Source of the DNA: Eremomyces bilateralis CBS 781.70
Taxonomy: Eukaryota
Direction: 5' to 3' (one strand)
DNA: 64,000 nt
Assembly (NCBI GenBank): GCA_010015585.1
Contig: ML975156.1
Of the stretch, positions 1 to 11,799 are shown one piece after another (the first letter of the stretch is position 1; every line of letters begins with the position of its first letter). The position numbers and the translations under genes were made by a program. The notes beneath the pieces were generated by a model. The model was not told the DNA's origin, searched no databases, and saw nothing but the letters and a program-made list of their open reading frames with translations.

Positions 1-919
1 AAACCCGGCGAAGAAGGAGATGATATAGGACAGGGTCTTCTTTCAATATACAAGTTTGTACAGATATGAATGAAAATGGGTATTGTGGAAGAGCTAGGAA
101 ATGTCTAGCTCCAAACAAACAAGACATATAAAAACCCAAACAAGATATGCTTTGGCTAATCACATCTGTTTTTACTAGTAGAGATTGTCCTGGAATCATC
201 ATGTTGATGCCAGAGAACATCAAATAGAGTACGGGATATACTAGGCCGCGTTTCTGCCAGGATGCCCCAAAGATTGCGACCTAAGGGCCCTGGAACCGTG
301 GAGAAAAAATAAAATAAACAGGTAACTATCTGGTTCTTACTCTTTAGCTACAAAATTCTTGGTACAAGCTTGCAACTCTGCCACAACTTATGATTCGGAT
401 TAGCGAGCGTTCAGCGTTTTCTTCAGTAATGGCTTGTACTTCCTCACATTGCTGGCGCCTCAAAGATTGATACTCTAAAGAGAAAGTGCGGGGAGAAGTA
501 ACTAAGTTAACTTAACTTACAGAACTAACTAAGTTAGCGTAAATTTCGGAAAGAAGCAATTTATGTGCATAATTTAAATTCTATCAGTCATCCGAAGAAA
601 TATATATAAATTACTGAAATTCAACCACCCTACACCCGAGGGAACGGTGGATCCCAAGAACGGGGCCGATCAGACGCCGGGCGGTCGAGAAACGAGCGGT
701 AGATGAAAGCGCGGGTCCCCGTATGCGGCTCATATCAGGGAGAATAACTAGAGTGCTTGCTACTGTACATAGTTAGTACCATGGTCACAAGAAATCGTCG
801 GTAGATTTCTTCGGATTTGGAGTGGGAGGAAATCCCGACCGTGAAACTTACTCTTTTAAATTAGAGACTTAATATTACGCTTCATCTTCTACACCGACTG
901 TCGTCATATACTTCTTACT

Positions 920-1835
920 ATGTTTCCTTCAAGCAACGAGAACAAAAGCTACACCATGGGCCATACAAAGTCCTCCACGGCCAGCCATGCCACGCGAACC
1001 ATCTACTCGGATGCATCTTTCCTCCTTCCATATATTCAGCCATACTACCAAATTCTCGATATCGGCTGCGGCCCTGGTACTATCACCGCTGGCTTTTCGG
1101 AACTGGTTCCGCACGGCAGTGTGACAGGCATCGACCTGGGCCACACTATACTGCAGCAGGCGCGGGAGAACACGCATGCACTTATCGCGCGTAGCCCCGA
1201 TGTGCCGAGAGGGGAAACCACCTACCAGGAAGGTGATGTTGTGGTAGGATTGAAGTTTGAAGATAACACGTTCGATGTGGTATTCGCGTCGCAGGTTCTT
1301 ATACATCTTCCGGAACAAGTCTCAGTGGTACGAGCGCTGAATGAGATGAGACGGTTGGTCAAGCCTGGAGGAATTGTCGCTACCAGGGATGGCGCAAAGA
1401 TGCTCTTCTATCCGGACTATAATCTTGAGAAGTTGTGGGAACAGAATCTTCTCAAAGGAATCGGCCTTGATGAGTGGCCAGGGCCAAAAATGCGAGGGCA
1501 TTACCGTCAAGCTGGTTTTGACGTAGATGGTCTTAGAGAGAATGGGCAGAAGCAGGTTATTATCGGTGTTGGAAGCAATGTATACGCGGGAACCATGGAC
1601 GAAAGAAAGGCATATATCAGGTATAGAAAACATGGACGAAATCATACCAATGCTGATCACTTCTAGGACATTTACTAGGAGATTCAATCCTGGAGAACCA
1701 TTCAGAGAATGCTGGATCAAGGTCGGCATATCTGAAGAGGAGATCCAAGACTGCATTGGGGCGTTTGAGAAGTGGGCTAACACCGAGGATGCATGGGCGA
1801 CGACTGTCCAAAGCGAGGTTCTGGCCTGGAAGTAG
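920..1835 (+). CDS. SAM-dependent methyltransferase (UbiE/Methyltransf_31-like)
   Basis: Motif I ILDIGCGPGTIT, VTGIDL, FEDNTFDVVFASQVLIHL and LVKPGG. Intron 1621-1666 (gtatag...gctgat...ttctag) joins ORF 920 to the frame ending QSEVLAWK*. Confidence 0.85.
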
Positions 1836-2059
1836 GGATTGATGCACAAGGAGGACGTATGGACTTCAGAAGCTTGACTGGTCGGTAAGAGATGTACATG
1901 CTGGCCGCAGTTCCTGTGCCGTCCTATGTCACAGTCTTCCCCAAGGCGGGTGACTATCACTTCAGGAGACAGGCCATAGGTGACAGGGCTGGAACAAAGA
2001 AGCAAGAGCCACTCCGATCCGCTGTATGGAAGCATCAGTTGCCGAAATTTTACTGACTT

Positions 2060-2405
2060 GCACTCAGCTCTTTGGCAGGCCGAAGCCGTAAAAATGTACG
2101 ATGTCTACCAAAGCAGCTCTTTCAATATTGTCACCGTCGATTCTCTAGACACAAACAGCGGTTGCTTCCTCGATAGTCTTGGTCCCTGAGTCAGTATCCC
2201 GTCTTTGATGCTAATGACAGATACTTGTTCGCTCGTATACCCCTTTCTGAAAGAGACGTTATCAATTCTACCCTTCTCGCTCGCGGGTGGTAAGTTTACA
2301 ACCCTTCTAACTTCGTATTCTCATCTAACTCTAGGGACTTTCAAGGACTGATACTCGCACCACGACCCATTTACTTCGTCAAATCCCAGTGATACTGGCA
2401 ATGCC
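2060..2405 (+). pseudogene. HET (heterokaryon incompatibility) domain remnant
   Basis: WQAEAVKMYDVYQSSSFNIVTVDSLDTNSGCF resembles the HET-domain C-terminal motif. Downstream, LLARGW-(gtaagt...ctaactctag intron)-DFQGLILAPRPIYFVKSQ*YWQC resembles RGWxxQErlLspR.....Q..WEC. There is an in-frame stop and no 5' part. Confidence 0.65.
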
Positions 2406-2837
2406 AGAATCAGGTGCACTCAGAAGATGTAGTATGTAGTATTTCCGAGCTCTCTAGATTAAATATGATGTGGGCAAAGGCATTGCGTTTTGGAAAGCGA
2501 AGAAGACCGGTTTAGTCTTGGACTAAGTACCACGAGGGGAGAATTTGTTAGTCTCAAGATGATAGTTATCTCTATTTTGTTGCAAAGAAAGTCTTATAGA
2601 GGCGATCGGCATCGTTTCAGTACCGAAACTGGTCTGTGAAGGGCCCCGAATTAGCTGATCAGGTCCTCCATCCAGCTCTACATCAGTGGTTTTAGCAGCT
2701 ATCTTCTCACAATTCAATCCTACCCATCTGCTTCAAATCTCTCCCATACTTGGTCTCTCTCTTTTGCGTTTTCTCGGGCTAGAGATACAGATATCGGAAG
2801 AAGTCAATTATTCAATAGGATTCAGCTTGAAAAGATA

Positions 2838-3400
2838 TTGTCTCGAGGGGATATTCAGGTATGGTGCCTGGACGAGTCATTTCAGACCGTTGTCAAGTCT
2901 CCGAGGAAACCCGAAGATGCACCTCACAACGATCTAAAAACTTTCCTCCATCACGCCGGAAATGATATCTATGTCGAGCTGCTGCTTCATAGTGCTGCTC
3001 AGATCGCAGACGCCCTCACTTTTGTCCATGAGGAGGGAGTTACCTACGGATACCTAACTTGCCAGAATATATTGCTAGATAAGTATCTTAGCATCAAGTT
3101 GCCGATTTCGCCGGATCGTCGTTGGATAGTTCCCCTCTCCTGATCACGGTCACAGTAACCATCGATCCGCCGAATTGGCCCAATCTGCAGAGAGTGATCT
3201 CTTTGCGTTCGGTTCCTCCTTGTATGAAATCATGACTGGAGCCGCTCGTTACCGGGATGTTGACGAGGAGATCCGGGTCGGTATTTGAATGCAGAATTTT
3301 CTGAGACCGAGTCTCTAGGCTAATTGGACCAGTCATCAGAAAATGCTGGCAAGGCCAATATATTCGCTCTGACGCTGTGGTTCGAGCCCTAAGAAGTAAG
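2838..3400 (+). pseudogene. Protein kinase-like pseudogene
   Basis: AAQIADALTFVHEEGVTYGYLTCQNILLD (degenerate catalytic loop, HGD replaced by YGY), then a frameshift to ADFAGSSLD, then SDLFAFGSSLYEIMTG. Confidence 0.7.
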
Positions 3401-3952
3401 TTTGATCTGGCCGTGCACCTGGTCATACTTCGACCCTGATCTTCATCCTGATGGCGAGCAGCCAGGCAGCCGGTGATGCGCTTACTTGCTTAGGAAGGCA
3501 TCTTCAGAGCTAAATCATGCAAAGAACTCTAATCATTTGGTGATATGAGGTTCAATATTTTATACCGTCACAAGATTTAACCCAAATTGATATAGATGAG
3601 ACAGCCCTTCCCCAGAGTCTTGGCAGTATCGGCGATATTGCTTCGAACTTTAGCATTCGTTATCTCATGCGTCGTACAACTCGGCTGGAGTCCGTACCCG
3701 CATGAATATTGGATTTGAGCAAGTAAATCGAATAGCCGGAATTCGTGTCGAATATAAGATGTTCTTGGCGGAGGGGATGGGAAGCCGTCTCTCAATCTCG
3801 GCATGGAATGGCTTGATTATGAATTCGAATATAAGACTCATGTCTTGGACAGCTACCAGATACGGTAGGCAAAGAGTACCGGTCTTTCATAATACCTTCG
3901 TTTGAGTCGCTCTCGGTTTGTCGCGCTGTCGAGTAGTAGTCAGTCCTTCACG

Positions 3953-6146
3953 ATGCATCTCCAACTCCTCCTCACGAGTCTTTCCCTTACCAGTCTCTCC
4001 TTCGCCGCCCCCCAAGGCCCTACGCCCGCTGCCCCAGCCCGACAATGCAAGCGTATTCCCACCGACCCCGAGTGGCCGGCCCCCGAGGCCTGGAAAGCCG
4101 CGATGCCCGCCGTCGTCGCGCGCGGCCCGCAAGGCAATCCTACTCGACCCGACTACTCCATCGAAGCCTTCTCTGTCGCCGACGTGCAAGCCGCCGTCAA
4201 CTTTGCCCGGACGAACAACATCCGCCTCACCATCGTCAACAGCGGCCACGACTTCCTAGGAAGGAATGACGCGCCGACCGGACTATCGTTGATGGTCGGG
4301 GATCTGAAAGGAGCGAAAGTCTTGCAGAGTTTCACGCCGAGTGAGAAAGGGGCGGAGAGCCCGGATTACGAGGTGGGGGCGGTGGCGAGCGCGAATAAGA
4401 TCACGGTGCTGCCGGGGCAGCAGCCAGCGGTGACGTTTGGCGCGGGAGTATCAACGCAGGAATTGCATGATGTGTTGGCGCCGAGTGGACTGTTCACCAT
4501 GGGTGCGGCGCACGGAGAGGTGAGGACGGCGGGAGGGTGGGGGCAGACTGCCGGACATGGGCCGTTTACGAGCGTGTACGGGTTAGGGGTCGACCAGGTG
4601 TTGGAATATAAGGTCGTTACTGCCGACGGTGAGTTGCGAGTTGCCAATGCGAAGGTGAATCAGGATCTCTTCTGGGCACTGAGAGGTGGTGGAGGAGGGA
4701 CGTTTGGGGTCGTGGTCGAGGCGACAGTGAAGGCGTTCCCAACTCCGAAGATTACAATGACGAGGTTCTGGCTCAACGCGACGGAGGTCGGCAGTGGAAG
4801 AATCTTCGAAGCTGCTGCGTACCTCCATAGTCAGTTTCCGGAAGTAAATGCTAAAGGGATGCAGGGATACGTGAGTGCATAATTTTCCCCTTATCATCCA
4901 ATCTGCTGACCAAAACAGTACTACACCCAAGAGAACACCCTATCAGCAACTTTCTTGAGCATTGGCGAGCATGGCGGGGTTGCCACCGCAAATGCCACAT
5001 GGCAACCGGTCCTTCAGAAACTGGCCAGCCTGCCGGGCATCACGACACCCATCACCTCGTTCCTCGAGTACCACACCATGAAACAGTGGTTCGACTCCGC
5101 ATTCGGCCCTATCCCCGCGGAGACACACACCGAGATGCCCGAGGAAGGAGGCCATTCTCATGGGGATACAGTCGGAGCCACCGAGGAACCAGCCGGGGGA
5201 CATGATCACGGCGAGCCCACCCCAGCGACCACCGCCATCGCCGGAGGACATGACCACGCCGAGCCTACCCCTGAGGCCACCACCATGGCCGGCGGCCACG
5301 ACCACGCCGAACCCGCCGCCTCAGGGGGTCACGCCCACGCCCAGCGGGACACCTACCACCTCGACCCACGCTCCGCGCACGAGCCCGAGACGCTCCGCGA
5401 GTTCTTCAAGCGGCACGGCCCCGGCGGGATGATGGTGCTGGACGGCAAGCGGCCGATGGATAGCCGACTCCTCTGGGCATCGCACCTGAAGGACCCGGCG
5501 CTGGCGGGGGCGCTGAACGCGACGTTTCCGCGGATGAAGTATGGGGTTCTACGGGGACATCTGATCGGGGGCGGGGCTGTGTTGAAGGAGGAGGACACGG
5601 AGACGAGCGTGAACCCGGCGTGGAGGAAGGCGTATGTGCATTTGATCTCCACGGGGGCGGAGGTGCCAAGTATTTCGCCGGTGCGAGATCTGAGTCCTTT
5701 GAGTGGGTGTTATGTCAACGAGGTAATCCTCACCCCTATCATCTTTCCACCCCCTCCTTCTAACCCCACAGGCCTCCTACAACGAACCCAACTGGAAACA
5801 ATCCATGTGGGGCACCCATTACCCCCGTCTCCTCTCCATCAAAGACAAATACGACCCCACCGGCCTTTTCTGGGTGACCCCGGGCATCGGCGCCGACGCC
5901 TGGTCCGTCCAAGATGGCGTCCGCCTTTGCCCGGCCACCCCGTCCCCCGCCGGGCCGATCGAGTATCCGCCGGCGAACGACAATCCGAATATGCGGGATC
6001 CGGAGACGGAGTTCCGGAGCAGCGGTGCGTGGCCGCAGAATCAGACGCAGGCGGATGCGAGTACGAGGGGGGGGCAGGCGGCGTTGGAGGCGGCATGGGC
6101 AGCGGGGGCGGCGCCGGTGGTGGAGGCAGGGGGGCATGATCATTGA
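3953..6146 (+). CDS. Secreted FAD-linked oxidoreductase (berberine bridge enzyme-like; FAD_binding_4 + BBE domain) with His-rich repeat insertion
   Basis: Signal peptide MHLQLLLTSLSLTSLSFA, NSGHDFLGRN, DLFWALRGGGGGTFGVV, YVNE and WGTHYPRLLSIKDKYDPTGLFW. Introns 4871-4918 and 5723-5771 keep the frame. Confidence 0.9.
5147..5342 (+). repeat. Coding tandem repeat with a ~48-nt (16-aa) core unit carrying GGH(D/S/A)H x5
   Basis: GGHSHG...AGGHDHGEPTPATTAI AGGHDHAEPTPEATTM AGGHDHAEPAAS GGHAHA read directly from the frame. Confidence 0.9.
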
Positions 6147-6531
6147 GTGATAGGAAGGGGAAAGAAAAGGGGAAAGAAAAGAGAGATGAGAGGGACTGCG
6201 TCGGGTTTGCAAGGACGGACTTGGGTAGCATACATCAGTTCATTCGATAAAACGGAAAAACACGAAGGTTATCTTACAGAGCGTGATTTAATGATGAATC
6301 TAAGCCGTAAATACGCACAATACGGTGAACTCCTGACCACCGAAGCGCGCTTTTTGGGGACCCAAGAACCCCAGATCCGTGGAATGTATGTGAAAAGGAA
6401 AAGGACGCAGAAGGACCAACACACCAACACCCCCTACAACATCGCACAACACCACACCACACCGTCCATTCTCGGTTTCCAAACCCCACTCGCTGGCTTC
6501 TCTCGCCAGGTGCGCCCCTCGCCAATATTAA

Positions 6532-7973
6532 TTAAACCCGCAGCAATTTCGCCGCATAATCCACAATCAACTGCTCACTCGGGAACGCCATCTCCTCCAA
6601 CTTCTGCGCATACGGCGTCGGCACCTCCGCGCCCGTCACGCGGACCGGCGGCGCGCGCAGATAGTCGAAGCCGAACTCGCACGTCAAGGCGATCAGCTCG
6701 GCGCCGACGCCGAAGCTGGGGAAGCCGCTCTCGACGGCCATGAGGTGGCCGGTTTTCTTGACGGATTTGATAATGGCCTCAACGTCGAGGGGCTTGATGG
6801 AACGGAGGTTGATGACTTCGACGTCGATGCCGTACTGGGATTTGAGCTGAGCAGCGGCGGTGAGGCATTGGCCGACGCAGCGGGAGAGGGTGACCATGGT
6901 GAGGTCAGAGCCAGGGCGTTCGATTTTGGCTTTGCCGAACTAGGTGATGTTAATATAGATACGGGGAGGGAGATATGACGGAGTATACCGGAATAACGAA
7001 ATCGTCTTTCTGGGCCGCCTCGCTCATGGGGAACGAGAGCCCATATAACAATCTATATCCCAATGTCAGCTGCTTCTCTCCACATCATCGCACCACACGT
7101 ACTCATTCTCCAACACCATCACGGGATTCGGATCCCGAATCGCCGCCTTCATCAGGCCCTTCGCGTCCTCTGCGCTATACGGGACCACGACCTTCAGCCC
7201 GGGGATGCTCCCGTACCACGCGGCGTAGTCCTGCGAGTGCTGCGCGCCCACGCCGGAGGCGAACCCGTTCGGCCCGCGGAAGGTAATGTTGCAGGGCTGG
7301 ATGCCGCCGGACATGTAGTGCGTCTTAGCGGCGCTGTTGATAATTTGGTCGATGGCTTGCATGGCGAAGTTGAAGGTCATGAATTCACACTGGGAGGCGT
7401 TAGTTGGTTTGCTGGAGCACAGAGGGGGGGAGTGTGGTGCGTACGATGGGGTGGAGGCCGGCGAGGGCGGCACCCACGGTGAGGCCTGCGAAGCCGGACT
7501 CGGTGATGGGGCTGTCGATGACTCGTTTGTCGCCGAAGCGGTCAAGAAGACCTTTCGTGACTTTGTAACTATCATCGCAACCAAGTCAGCCCAACTTCAC
7601 TCCGAACATATCCCGGGGTTTAAATCAGCTCCTCAAGGGTGGAATTGGCCATCCAACCGTAGGACTACGCTCACGCCATCCCGATGCACACATATAAAAC
7701 TCCAGGGACCACCTACGCTCCATTATACTGCGCCACCTCCTCCCCCATGATGAACACCTTCTCATTCTGCTCCATCTCCTCGGACATGGCCTCATTCAAC
7801 GCCTCTCGCACTGTCATCTCCTTTGTCTCCGACGCATATCCTCTCCGTCCCGCCCATGATGGTGCCAACGACGCCGCCACACCGCGGAACGCCGGCCGAC
7901 TTGACTGGCGGACCGATGCGCGGGCGGCGGATGCGAGGGTGGCGGTCGGGCGGAGGAAGCGGACGGATGCCAT
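6532..7973 (-). CDS. PDB1: Pyruvate dehydrogenase E1 beta subunit, mitochondrial
   Basis: Presequence, [74 protein letters not shown] and [12 protein letters not shown]. Multi-exon. Confidence 0.97.
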
Positions 7974-8518
7974 GGTTCGGCGTGGGTGGGGTGCTACCGG
8001 AGGTGGAGGAAGGGAGGGGGTGGAAGGGGATTAGTCCGGTGCAAGTGGAGGAGTAAAAGATGGAGGGTAGGAAGACAGAAGAGACAAGACGGAATTGAGA
8101 GGTTCGGAGTGGTGAAGCAATGGAACGGAGCAAAGTTGGGAGAGAAGCGATTGCAGGGATGAGGCTAGAAGTTTGGTGATTCTCAACGTTGGGCGGTTCC
8201 ACTGTTTTCGGATTGGGGATGCGAGTCGGAGTACGGAATATTACTATTGGAATATAAACAAAAGAGAAGCGAGAGATTCAATTAGAACATAATATGATAG
8301 GGAAAGGTAATGTATGCACTCGTATATCTTCAATGGCTCGCCCATCGAGGTCTCCCTTTCTGTGACGGACTAATATTAACTCTTCTAAGTCTTCTTATGG
8401 TTACCTCCTACAGAATACTACACGCTGCAAGCACCACACCACAAGCGAGCTATGCATCCCATCAAACGCCAAAGACTAAATCAGCCTACCATGAACATAA
8501 CCCCATCGCCCGATCATC

Positions 8519-9778
8519 TCATGCCGCCGGCTTCCTCGCCACCATCAAATACATTGGTGTGAACAGCTTCTCCTTCCCCCCCTGCACCAACGCATCCCCG
8601 CCGATCGCTAACGTATCCGCCGTCTTCTGCGATCCTTTGGGTGCGAGCCCTATCGTCTCCAACACACCCACCGCATTGTGCACGATGCCCCGCCCCAACT
8701 TCGTCATGCGGAAAATGGTCAGGAAATCGAACATGCTGCCCAGGTACTTGAAGTCGCCGGACAACGGCCAGTACCACGGGATCGCGTCCGGTCGGTCGGC
8801 CATGTCCTCGTTGACCTCGAGTTCGAAGCCCGCGTCCTTGATCGCTTTAATGGCGACATCGACCGGCTCCATGTTCGAGATGCCGTCGCCGATCTCGATG
8901 TCCAGCCGGATCTGGCGGTGGCGCGCATCCTTCGGGTTGTAGTTGTCGGTCATCACCCATTCGTAGACGCCGAAGACGCCGCCAGGCTTGAGGACACGGA
9001 AGATCTCCGAGTAGACACCGACGAGGGCCGGCGCGTGCACGGTCGCTTCGATGGCGTAGACGGCGTCGAAGCTGTTGTCGGGGAACGACATCTGCATGAA
9101 GTCGCCCTTGACGAACTTCAGCTTGTCAGACAGCCCTTCCTTGGCGGCGTAGTGCGTGGCGCGGTCGATTTGGTAGTCGTTGTTGTTCAGCCCGACGATG
9201 TTGGCGCCGGAGAACTTGGCGATCTGCCGTGCCGGTCCGCCAACGCCGCAGCCGACGTCGAGGACTCGCATACCGTCTCGCAGGCCCATAACGTGGGCGA
9301 GGTAGTGTTCGTGGCGGGCAATGGCTTGGTGGAAGGATTCGCCGTAGGCGAAGCGGCAGAAATGGAAGGAGGCACCCCAACCGTACTCGTAGAAATCGGT
9401 GGCGAGGTTGTAGTAGCTGAAGGGAAAATGGTTAGCGATGGCACTAGTTGTTGGATTGGCCGAACATACTGTTTCGTCAACGTCGCATACTCATTTCGGC
9501 GTGACTATTGATCCAGATGTTAGAAAGAACCCCAGCAAGGATCGACGATCGGAAGAAGTACACACAGCGCGCGACTCCTCTGTCTCCTCAGCGGCGGCCA
9601 TGTCGTCGAAATGCTTGAAGTACTCGTCCACTGCGGCCTTCTGCGCGCCGGTATCCTTGTTCAACAGCGAGCCCAAGCCAGCCCTCTTCGTGGCGGCCTT
9701 CCCGTGCATGGCCTTGTTGAAGGCGGCGTCGCGGGCGTGGTCCTCCACCTCCAACTCCACAACTCGAGCGGGCGCCAT
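8519..9778 (-). CDS. ERG6: Sterol 24-C-methyltransferase
   Basis: [57 protein letters not shown] and [13 protein letters not shown]. Two introns near 9417-9468 and 9510-9565. Confidence 0.97.
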
Positions 9779-10847
9779 GATGTCGGATGGGGGATATGAA
9801 GGGATGTAGGGTATCGAGGGGTATCGAGGGATGGAATGAGGGAGTTGGAAGGCAATTGGGAAGGATTGAGGGTGCAATTGGGTGGAGGAAGTCGGGAGGG
9901 ATAAGTTAGATTGCGTAGAATAATTTATCAGGTTGATGGAGAGGGAGTTCCCTGCACTGGCACAGCAGGGATGTAAGGCGATAAGGCGTCAAGGTGTCAA
10001 GGATCCTGGTGTGGGTGACGCTTGAATGTGGCGGAGTCGGGTGAGCCAATCAAAATCAAGGAGCGAGAAAGATTGACAGGGGCAAAACGATTGTAATTGG
10101 ATTGATTCTTTAGTTTTGGCGGCGTGTTGACAGGGGTCGGAGGAGCAGATATCGACTCAATCGTTAGGAGAAAGCCACATGCACCGCTACAATTCCATGC
10201 AACCTCAATTGAAGAAGTTGGAATATAAACGATCTATCTAATAAGATAATAAGAATTCTTACGAATTAGTCAACTGTGGGCCGGATATCCTGATCGGTAC
10301 GCCGCGAGGTGAGAATTGAGATACACAGGCCCAGACAGGGTCAGCCAACAGGGGAAGGGGGCGCGCAATCCGCGGACGCCCGGACGCCGCGGATTGCAAA
10401 ACCCACCCCCTGTCGGTTCAGGTCTTTGGGCTCCTGAATGAAACTTTTAGCGTCATGAGCTTCTAGACCGAATTTCCTAGTGACCGCTGGATGGAAACGA
10501 ATCCACTTACTCGAATTGGCATGTTTACCGGACGGTTGGGAACTAGAGATGCAATCTGGGACGTCGCTCACAACAGATCACCTGCCGAGAAGTGATCCGT
10601 TCAGTTTTCAACTTAGGATTTCCAGAGAATCCCGTGTATGCCAAAAATGTATGCCCAGTCCACCAGTGATTACCCCTCCCTCAGATTACCAGTACTGACC
10701 GCCACTCTCTGCCGTGCGACAATGCAGGTCCATGTGCGCTCGCCAACTAGATCACCTCATTCGTCTCATGTTCGGGTTGAAGCGTAGCTAGAAGACGGAG
10801 CCAAAAGATATCGGATGTTGCACCTTGACCTTAAAACCCAGAGGCCG

Positions 10848-10899
10848 ACTCTTTCCAGCCGCTCTTTCCAGCCGCTCTTTCCAGCCACTCTTTCCAGCC
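10848..10899. repeat. 13-nt minisatellite (RCTCTTTCCAGCC) x4
   Basis: Four consecutive copies at 10848, 10861, 10874 and 10887. Confidence 0.9.
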
Positions 10900-10916
10900 A
10901 CTCTCGAACATTGGCG

Positions 10917-11799
10917 TCAGATGAGAGATCCCAGCCCAGGGGAAATCGAACGTCGAATGCCGAAAACAAAGCCCCATCGCTCATGATCTGCAGGAAGCTC
11001 ATGAACCTCGCTATCCGTTCCATCGACCTCATTCCTCGTATCTGGAGGTAACTCGGCGATAACACTCTCTTCATCCCTCATCACCGGTTTCCCGTTTAGT
11101 TCGGGGCTGGAGTGCAAAGTTTCCCCCCTGGCTTTTGCCTCCGCCTCAGCCTTCTTCCTCCGAAAGATGAAAATAATCACCACCAAGAGGAGGAGAATCA
11201 CCCCGCCGAGCGCACCACCGACCGCGCTGCCGAGGGAGATCGGTTCACGGTCTATAGTGGCGGTATTTTCTGGGGGACTGGAGAGTTCCGATGTAGGTGT
11301 CGAGATAGCTTGAGTTGTGTTTGTGGCCGAAGATGCCGTAGTGATAGACGATGGAAGTTTGCGGTTCGATATAGTGTAGACCGGCAATAGAAGTTTGCGG
11401 TTCGATATGGCGAAGACCGGCGATATCCCGGCTGCGAAATAATCCTCTGCCAAGAGTACATAGTTATCTGCCGCAGGAATCTCATCCGGGATGGACCACT
11501 TGTAGCTCCCATTATTTGGCACATCAATAGTCAAGACGGCGTTGTTGACGATCACCTTCGTGAGTATGGTGCTAGACACCGCCCGGTAAAGAGCCAGGGA
11601 AATGAAATCTGCACTGTTCGTTACTTTCCATCGTATTGTATAGGAGGAGCCCAAGGGGACGATTTCGCCGGTCGCGGGTGCGAAGATCGGGTTGACACTG
11701 GTGTCAATTGTATTATTTGCCGGAGCCGTCGATAGTCACATCGTATATTTCGGCCTGGGCCAAGGTCGCCAACAATATTAGAGTTGTAGTGAGAAACAT
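10917..11799 (-). CDS. Single-pass membrane protein: signal peptide, Kre9/Knh1-N-like Ser/Thr-rich ectodomain, TM helix, cytosolic tail with ELP motifs (5' splice uncertain)
   Basis: MFLTTTLILLATLAQA at 11799, NPIFAPATGEIVPLGSSYTIRW, VPNNGSYKWSIP, S/T-rich linker, GSAVGGALGGVILLLLVVIIFIFRRKK and AELPP...HELPA. Confidence 0.6.

Noticed and set aside
920..6146. Methyltransferase plus FAD oxidase as a secondary-metabolite cluster
   Set aside because: No backbone synthase, transporter or regulator in view. The genes are separated by unrelated relics and followed by housekeeping genes.
10848..10899. Regular direct repeat as a CRISPR-like array
   Set aside because: Contiguous 13-nt units without spacers, in a eukaryote. 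An ordinary minisatellite.
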